A stretch of 15,933 bases of DNA from the NCBI GenBank assembly GCA_024626585.2, contig JANKJI020000002.1, positions 253,384,148-253,400,080 of the forward strand, read 5' to 3'. This DNA is from Ginkgo biloba. Lineage: Eukaryota; Plantae; Ginkgophyta. Shown piece by piece: positions 9,868 to 15,933 of the stretch (the first letter of the stretch is position 1; each line of letters begins with the position of its first letter). The position numbers and the translations under genes are program-made. Below the pieces are notes generated by a model. The model searched no databases. It saw only the letters and a list, made by a program, of their open reading frames with translations, and had not been told where the DNA came from.

Positions 9868-11402
9868 AGAGTAGCACTATTATTTCAGCAGCCGTAGTCA
9901 CATGCTCTGCATTCTAATCCCCAAATAAGATGAACAGTTTGAGAAATCTGAAGCTGTCCAGTGATAATGCCCAAGGAAAAACACTCTCATCTGCGGGGGC
10001 AAACATTCCCACGTGGAAAAACTGCTTGGTGCTTTTGAATAGCACCAAGAGGTCTCATTAAGGCTTCATACCTGTGTGCGAGCTTCTGTAGACAATGAGG
10101 TTGTGCTAGGGTAGAACTGCACTAGGAGAGGTCCTGCCAGAGTTTCTAACCAATATAACCCTTAACATATGTTTTTGCTAGGGCTAGGAATGCACGTCTT
10201 GAGCAAAAAACAATGACCAAACCACATGATTCCTCAGATGTGACAGAGTTCAAAGTGTGCATTTCAGAGAGACATGCATGTCAACAATAAAAGTAAAAAC
10301 ATACAAAGGAGAGGAAAAACAGGTAAAAGAGAGTGGTGACAACAAATTGGCACCAGAGGACAAAAGGCATGTTAAACAATTATCTTAACTGGCACCCAGA
10401 TCACTTGAAAATGGTAAAGGACTGTAACAAAAATTCAAGGATTGCCAAAAGACTCAAACATGATGGCAGAAATAGTTTTCTAGGCCCTGAACTGTTTTAT
10501 TATTCATCTTAAAACAACTCATGTTTCAGTTCCTTCCAAATCATTTCAGTTTTTTGTTTTGGGGTCTATCTCTTCCCCCATGTGTTTTAATTGAAGTAAT
10601 TCTAAAGCTTTGAAGGCATTTACCTGGCAGTATGGCGGTATTAGTATTGACTTCTCATTTTGTGTGGTGTAGGTTTTGGTTTGGCTCTCTTGTTTGTATT
10701 TTCACTTGAATATTCAAATTTTCTGATGATAATGGGATCAACAGTATTAGGCTCTATAATTCCTTGAATGATTTTTAGGTAGGTTCATTAAATATAAATC
10801 TTTGATGCCTAATCTATGCGCTTATTATAAATCTGTTAAAGCACTTTATAAATGTTTTGGGACCTGAAAACCCCTTTTTTCTATAAAAGGTTTCGGGACN
10901 NNNNNNNNNNNNNNNNNNNNNNNNNNNNNNNNNNNNNNNNNNNNNNNNNNNNNNNNNNNNNNNNNNNNNNNNNNNNNNNNNNNNNNNNNNNNNNNNNNNG
11001 AAATTAGTAGGTGGTGTGGATCCTTTGACCTGATTCTATGATGTCCATTAGGAGCAAACTTGGAGAATGAATTTTCGTTAAGCACATCTATTAAAAAGCT
11101 GGTTGTTTTGGCAATGTAGCTCCTGGCATGGATTCTCGAATGTATCTCATCTTTGTAACTAGAAGTACACATGCTAATCAATCTAAGTTACTACTAAAAA
11201 TCTCTTCCAAAACTAGATAATCCCATCCCGATGGATCTTTCCTCTTTTAATGTGCATTGTAAAGCGTAAATTGTTTTCCCTCTCAATGAATGATCAGTTA
11301 CATTACAAACTAATTATTTGCTAGTTTTATGGAAAACAATGTGGTTATATATGGTTTTCAGTCTATGGCTGTCTCATATAAGTGATTTTGCTATATCTGC
11401 AG

Positions 11403-11673
11403 GATATAATTGCAAATGGGAAACGAGGCACTAAGGCCCAATGCTTCAAGCAGGCATCTGATGCTTTGAGTGAAGGTCAAAATGTTATTATTGATCGCTG
11501 TAATTTGGTGAAGGAACAGCGGTCTGAGTTTTTACATCTTATTGGACCTCAAATTGAGGTGCATGCAGTGGTGCTTGATCTGCCTGCAAAACTATGCATA
11601 GGGCGGGCAGTGAAGCGTACTGCACATGAGGGAGGCTTGCAAGGAGGTACAGCTGCATCTGTTATAAATCGGA
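11403..11673 (+). CDS. APTX: Internal exon of the plant aprataxin / bHLH140-type gene, P-loop (AAA_33/PNK-like) kinase domain
   Basis: Acceptor TATCTGCAG|GAT. The translation DIIANGKRGTKAQCFKQASDALSEGQNVIIDRCNLVKEQRSEFLHLIGPQIEVHAVVLDLPAKLCIGRAVKRTAHEGGLQGGTAASVINR closely matches my recollection of Arabidopsis At5g01310 (QDIVNNGKAGTKAQC...VFIDRCNL.REQRSEF...EVHAVVLELPA..CISRSVKRTGHEGNLQGG.AAAVVN). It runs into a 10-N gap. The Walker A exon is not in this piece. Confidence 0.92.
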
Positions 11674-11791
11674 NNNNNNNNNNCATTTATATTTATTAAA
11701 GCACTATATATCAATACTATTAAAGTGTTTTAATGCCTAAATACCTCAACCATATACTATTTATGTATCGTTTAGTATAATCATATGGTGA

Positions 11792-12201
11792 GAAACTGAT
11801 GTAGATAATGCTGTAAATACGTACAAAGATTTGGGTCCAATTGATGATCTTTCATCTGGTGTATATGGACAAAGCAGCAAAGATTGCAAAGCCCAAGGTA
11901 ACATGTTGCACTTCTTTAAGAGAGAGAAGGATCCGCAAACTTCTAACTCTGCCAGTACTGAGAAGCTTCATACCCAAAAGATGACTGTCACGGATTTTGG
12001 GAATTCAGATGCCCAAGACTCCAAAGAAGTCATTCCGTGCATTAAATCTCTGGATAGCAAAACAACTGAAAGCAATGCTGTGCAGAGACCTGGTTGCAAT
12101 TTCTTTGGGGTTTCTGTAGATGACTGTGTTCCTACTCTTGCTTTTCCATCTATTTCAACATCTGATTTCCATTTTGACCATGAGAAGGCAGCTAATATAA
12201 T
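11792..12201 (+). CDS. APTX: Continuation of the aprataxin / bHLH140-type gene: end of kinase domain, linker and start of the macro-like domain
   Basis: ETDVDNAVNTYKDLGPIDDLSSGVYGQ...MLHFFK...VPTLAFPSISTSDFHFDHEKAANI matches the recalled homolog DADVDNAVNMYNKLGPMDTLPSGCFG...IMKFFK...VPTLAFPSISTADFQFDLEKASDI. It is open until the 100-N spacer at 12202. The 5' boundary is unresolved. Confidence 0.9.
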
Positions 12202-13225
12202 NNNNNNNNNNNNNNNNNNNNNNNNNNNNNNNNNNNNNNNNNNNNNNNNNNNNNNNNNNNNNNNNNNNNNNNNNNNNNNNNNNNNNNNNNNNNNNNNNNN
12301 NTTAGTAAGGCATTTAGGCACATTGAATGTAGACGATAAATGATGTAATAATTAGCATGGAACGAAGTGTCATGATTTAGGGTTATAATCCTTAGGTTTG
12401 GAAGAACATGTCAAATTCATTTATGAAGAGAGAAACCCATTAATAGGAGAGTGAAACTCCAACATGTGAGAGCCGAGCATGGGTGTCCAGGGATAGGTGT
12501 GGGAGGCTTGTCCTTGTCATTTATGAGCATTGAGGGCATACCATCATTAATTGATATAATAAATGAGGATTGTACTTCATATTCTTGTGTTTTGATGTTC
12601 GTGCATTGAATTTATCATGCTTTTTTTAATTAATGCATGTTGATCCTCATATATGCGTGCCAACCCATTATTGACAGTGGGCCACACTTGGGACCCATTA
12701 TTAGTCAAGACTAAGGTTACCAGGGTTTGTGGGTGTGTGTGGAGGGATGGGTGCGGTATTTTTGGAAGGGGGTTCAGGGGTGCAACTAATTTATTAATTA
12801 TTTTTACATTTAATATAAGATATTGATCAAACATTGAAAATTTGAAACATTAATTCATGATTTCTATTTCTGAATTTTGATTGATCATTCAAATTTCCAT
12901 CTTCACACGATACATACCTAAATGACAAATGTCAAATGATATTCATATTAAAAAATATGAATATCATATTCAATTCATTTGAAAGTGAAGACAGTGATAT
13001 ACATGTTCAAGACTCCAATATCAAAATGTGCATACATGATATGCATAATATAAACTACAAAGTAGCAAATGACAAATGACAAATATATTATATGATATGT
13101 CAAAATGTCGTATGACAGATCTACAAGACTACAACTACAAATATACAACTCAGGATCCAAATCGGTGGATGTAGGAATTGTTGAATAATAATGTTCACCA
13201 CATGTCACTTGGCTAATTACTGTAC

Positions 13226-13300
13226 TTTAAGTTAAGTCAGGTTAGTTGTCTAACTTTAACTTTAGTTGACTTTAGTTTAATTTAGCTTTAACTTTAGCTT
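13226..13300. repeat. Degenerate low-complexity TTTA(G/A)(C/T) hexamer-like tract
   Basis: ...TAACTTTAACTTTAGTTGACTTTAGTTTAATTTAGCTTTAACTTTAGCTTT... Confidence 0.7.
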
Positions 13301-15933
13301 TGTGCTAAATATGGCAAACCTGTGCATGTTGTACACATGGCTTCCATGAGCTCTATTTATTTGTAATCATTGTNNNNNNNNNNNNNNNNNNNNNNNNNNN
13401 NNNNNNNNNNNNNNNNNNNNNNNNNNNNNNNNNNNNNNNNNNNNNNNNNNNNNNNNNNNNNNNNNNNNNNNNNATGAAAATAATTCTTTGCGATTCTAGG
13501 GTGGGCAGTTTGTATTGTATAGATCATTGGAACTGATTGAGTGTCTGCAAAGTTTTCTAGCGGCATATTCTTTGTAGTTTTGGTCTCATGCTTTACTTCT
13601 TGCTTCGTGGTCAGCTTAGTCGTTTTCTCTTTTTGTATCTTAATCATTGTGGCTTGCATGTTTTGCTTATTTCTTTCTAATTTGACCCTCTAAATTAAAG
13701 GTTGATCCTCACATCTTTCATTGTCCAAACTCATGTTGATCAATTTACTATCATGTGGTTCAATACATTCATATCTTATTTTGTGACCTTTTTTGGCTTG
13801 ACTTTATGGCCAATAAGACCCCACACAAGGTACTGAGCTCTGCTACTAGTGGAGCCTCAATCACAGTTTTCTGGTATTCTCCTTTGTTTCTTCCTTGGCA
13901 CATCTATTGAAGTGATGCTGGTTGTAAGAATGAGAGGATGCCGACAGATTTTCAGCAACAATTACTTTACAACCATATATGATGGCCTGTCCTTGATTGA
14001 GAGGACAGCTGCCATAGCAAGAATTGAGGATAGACTGCCTCATATGATTTTTCCAATGATGCCTCTCTACTGGTGCAACACCATAGGACATTTCTTCTTT
14101 ACATATTATTTTGTAGGTGCTAGGTAACTGTAGTTATTGACATTGGACTTAATGGAGATACACGAGGCCATTTTGAAATATGGACTGTGACTCTTACACT
14201 ATCCAAGACATTACTTAGGAGTCATTGACAGCTGGGCAGACCATTGGTATGAGTACTCCAATTTTTGTCATAGCCAATTACCAGTTGTGCACCTTATCTA
14301 CACATTTCTAAACTTGGATAATGTTCAACATATTGAATTGGACATTATGAAGCCCTTGAGCTGTTTTATTTGTATTTATTGCATATAACCTTTGATGTAC
14401 TGAGGTAGAATCAGATTGGAAATGCTTTAGGCCCTATCCACTGATTTATTACCGTATGTTGGTCTTTTAGCTTCACATTTTTGTTGGTGAATATTCTGAC
14501 AAAAGTTCTCTTGTTTTAGATGCCTGTACACGGAATTCATCTTTCCATCCTGCTGTCTTGCTAGAACAATGTGTGGCAGTTGTGAACCTAAAGCCCGTAT
14601 GGACATCCTTTTGCTGCCCATTGCCCTATAGTCAGATAGATTGTGGTTTTTCTTGGGTGGTACAGACATGATTTTCCTCCTTGAGACGCCTGAACGGAAT
14701 AATTATGGACTGTGTTCCGCCTTTTTTTGGCTCGTATGGACTGCAGTTGTAATGTTTTTCCCACTNNNNNNNNNNNNNNNNNNNNNNNNNNNNNNNNNNN
14801 NNNNNNNNNNNNNNNNNNNNNNNNNNNNNNNNNNNNNNNNNNNNNNNNNNNNNNNNNNNNNNNNNATGAATGGATGAAAGATGGTTGTATAAAGAGACTA
14901 TTGGAGTCCTGAAAAGATAATTAACCATGAAAAATATGCAGCAAGAACAAATATAAATGTGAACTCTGCGCAGAAGCCAATGAAAATGTCATTGATGTAT
15001 AAGCAACCGAATAGAAATCGAATATGCATGGCTAAGTTATTGTAGATGGGCAGGCCGTTGATGTAGCTGAAACAAACATCATGACGAATGATCAAATTTA
15101 TTTGAAGCGGCTTGTGCTTGTTTATCTGAAATGGCTNNNNNNNNNNNNNNNNNNNNNNNNNNNNNNNNTTGAGTCGCCATCCCATGGCTGTGACATCTGC
15201 ATTACATCTATGTTCTATTTTTATGGCTATCTCCATCGCTGTGATCTGTGGGCTATGAACTCCTCTTATAAATAATAAATTTTTTTCCAACTTCTGCAAT
15301 GTTGTTTCAAATTTTGCCTCCCTTAATCGCTTTTTTCTCTGCTATGCTGATGTATAGAATAAAAGCTAATGCACAGGGATCGTAGATAGTATATGAAGAA
15401 ATGCCATATATTTTTATATCTACATCGAGGCGGTCAATACGTACTCTGCCGCACTTACATCTTAATTAATTATTTTTGCGTCCTGATTAGAAATTTGAAT
15501 GGCCAAGCATCGCTGCGTTGACTGTTATATATGTTGGCTAAATAAAAGATGACTCGCGAACATACTCAGCGTTTGAATAACGAACTCAGGAGATATCATC
15601 AACTAAAAGTTGTGATCGTTGGTGCAACATTACCGTAATATATGTCAGGATCGCTCTGCTTCGACTAAAATGATTGATCGATAGGCAGGTACGCTATTGG
15701 CCGAATCTAGTGATAAATAAGCCATTGACGGGAGTCTTTTTACAGATGCCGCGAACAGTAGCAGGAGCGCAGGGCCGTGGAGAAATGGCGTTCAAAACTA
15801 TGGCGTTGACCAGCAAATATTTGATAGCAACCCAATATTGAGCTACAAATGAACGGGAGGGCAGTATCATTAAACGGGATGATTGCTTAACGCCGCAACA
15901 TGAAAACATTATAGAGTTTATTCGTGTTGAAGC

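Larger units (their letters stand above)
2004..15168. other. Assembly gaps: eight exact 100-N spacers plus five sized gaps
   Basis: 100 N at 4344-4443, 5477-5576, 6651-6750, 8900-8999, 10900-10999, 12202-12301, 13374-13473 and 14766-14865. Sized gaps at 2004-2118 (115), 5855-5876 (22), 8626-8638 (13), 11674-11683 (10) and 15137-15168 (32). Confidence 0.97.

Noticed and set aside
10025-10049. 9-bp hairpin CTTGGTGCT-7 nt-AGCACCAAG as a terminator or miRNA precursor
   Set aside because: Too short, with no extended fold-back. Rho-independent terminators do not apply to plant nuclear DNA.
9868-10160. Upstream extension of the orphan ORF in the same frame
   Set aside because: Four stops in about 100 codons is close to chance, and no motif is recognisable.
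10336-10360. CAACA-AAT-TGGCACC as an LTR end plus PBS
   Set aside because: The match is only about 7 nt, with no second LTR copy and no gag downstream.
9406-12201. Functional linkage of the coiled-coil ORF with APTX as a novel system
   Set aside because: They are separated by a 100-N spacer that is likely an artificial join.
11831-12343. 170-aa ORF as a standalone gene, and all other ORFs that run through N blocks
   Set aside because: Their length is inflated by X residues. Homology begins upstream of the TTG start, and the residues after the spacer (LVRHLGTLNVDDK) do not match the expected continuation.
12723-12780. G-quadruplex
   Set aside because: G-tracts are present, but at least one loop is 10 nt or longer in any arrangement, and there is no functional context.
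13226-13300. Interstitial telomeric repeat
   Set aside because: The units are TTTAGY/TTTAAC, not TTTAGGG.

Overview
This is AT-rich, mostly CpG-depleted eukaryotic DNA from a land plant with a large, methylated genome (gymnosperm-like by my recollection of the TE motifs; inference only). The window is probably not one locus. Eight spacers of exactly 100 N split it into nine pieces of at least 1 kb each, which looks like unplaced scaffolds concatenated into a pseudo-molecule. Supported content: (1) a decayed minus-strand Ty3/gypsy protease remnant; (2) an LTR followed by a degenerate tRNA-iMet PBS, upstream of a decayed plus-strand Ty3/gypsy gag-protease-RT that lacks about 85 codons of RT; (3) a second copy of the same LTR; (4) a three-copy 39-nt repeat; (5) a decayed LINE reverse transcriptase; (6) an orphan coiled-coil ORF followed by a TGTAA-rich tail; (7) two coding blocks of the plant aprataxin/bHLH140-type DNA-repair gene with an anomalous junction; (8) two CpG-rich islands, the last possibly foreign DNA. 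I find no convincing novel biological system. The best leads are the orphan ORF, the APTX junction and the CpG-rich terminal piece. Consensus motifs quoted are from memory, not from a search.
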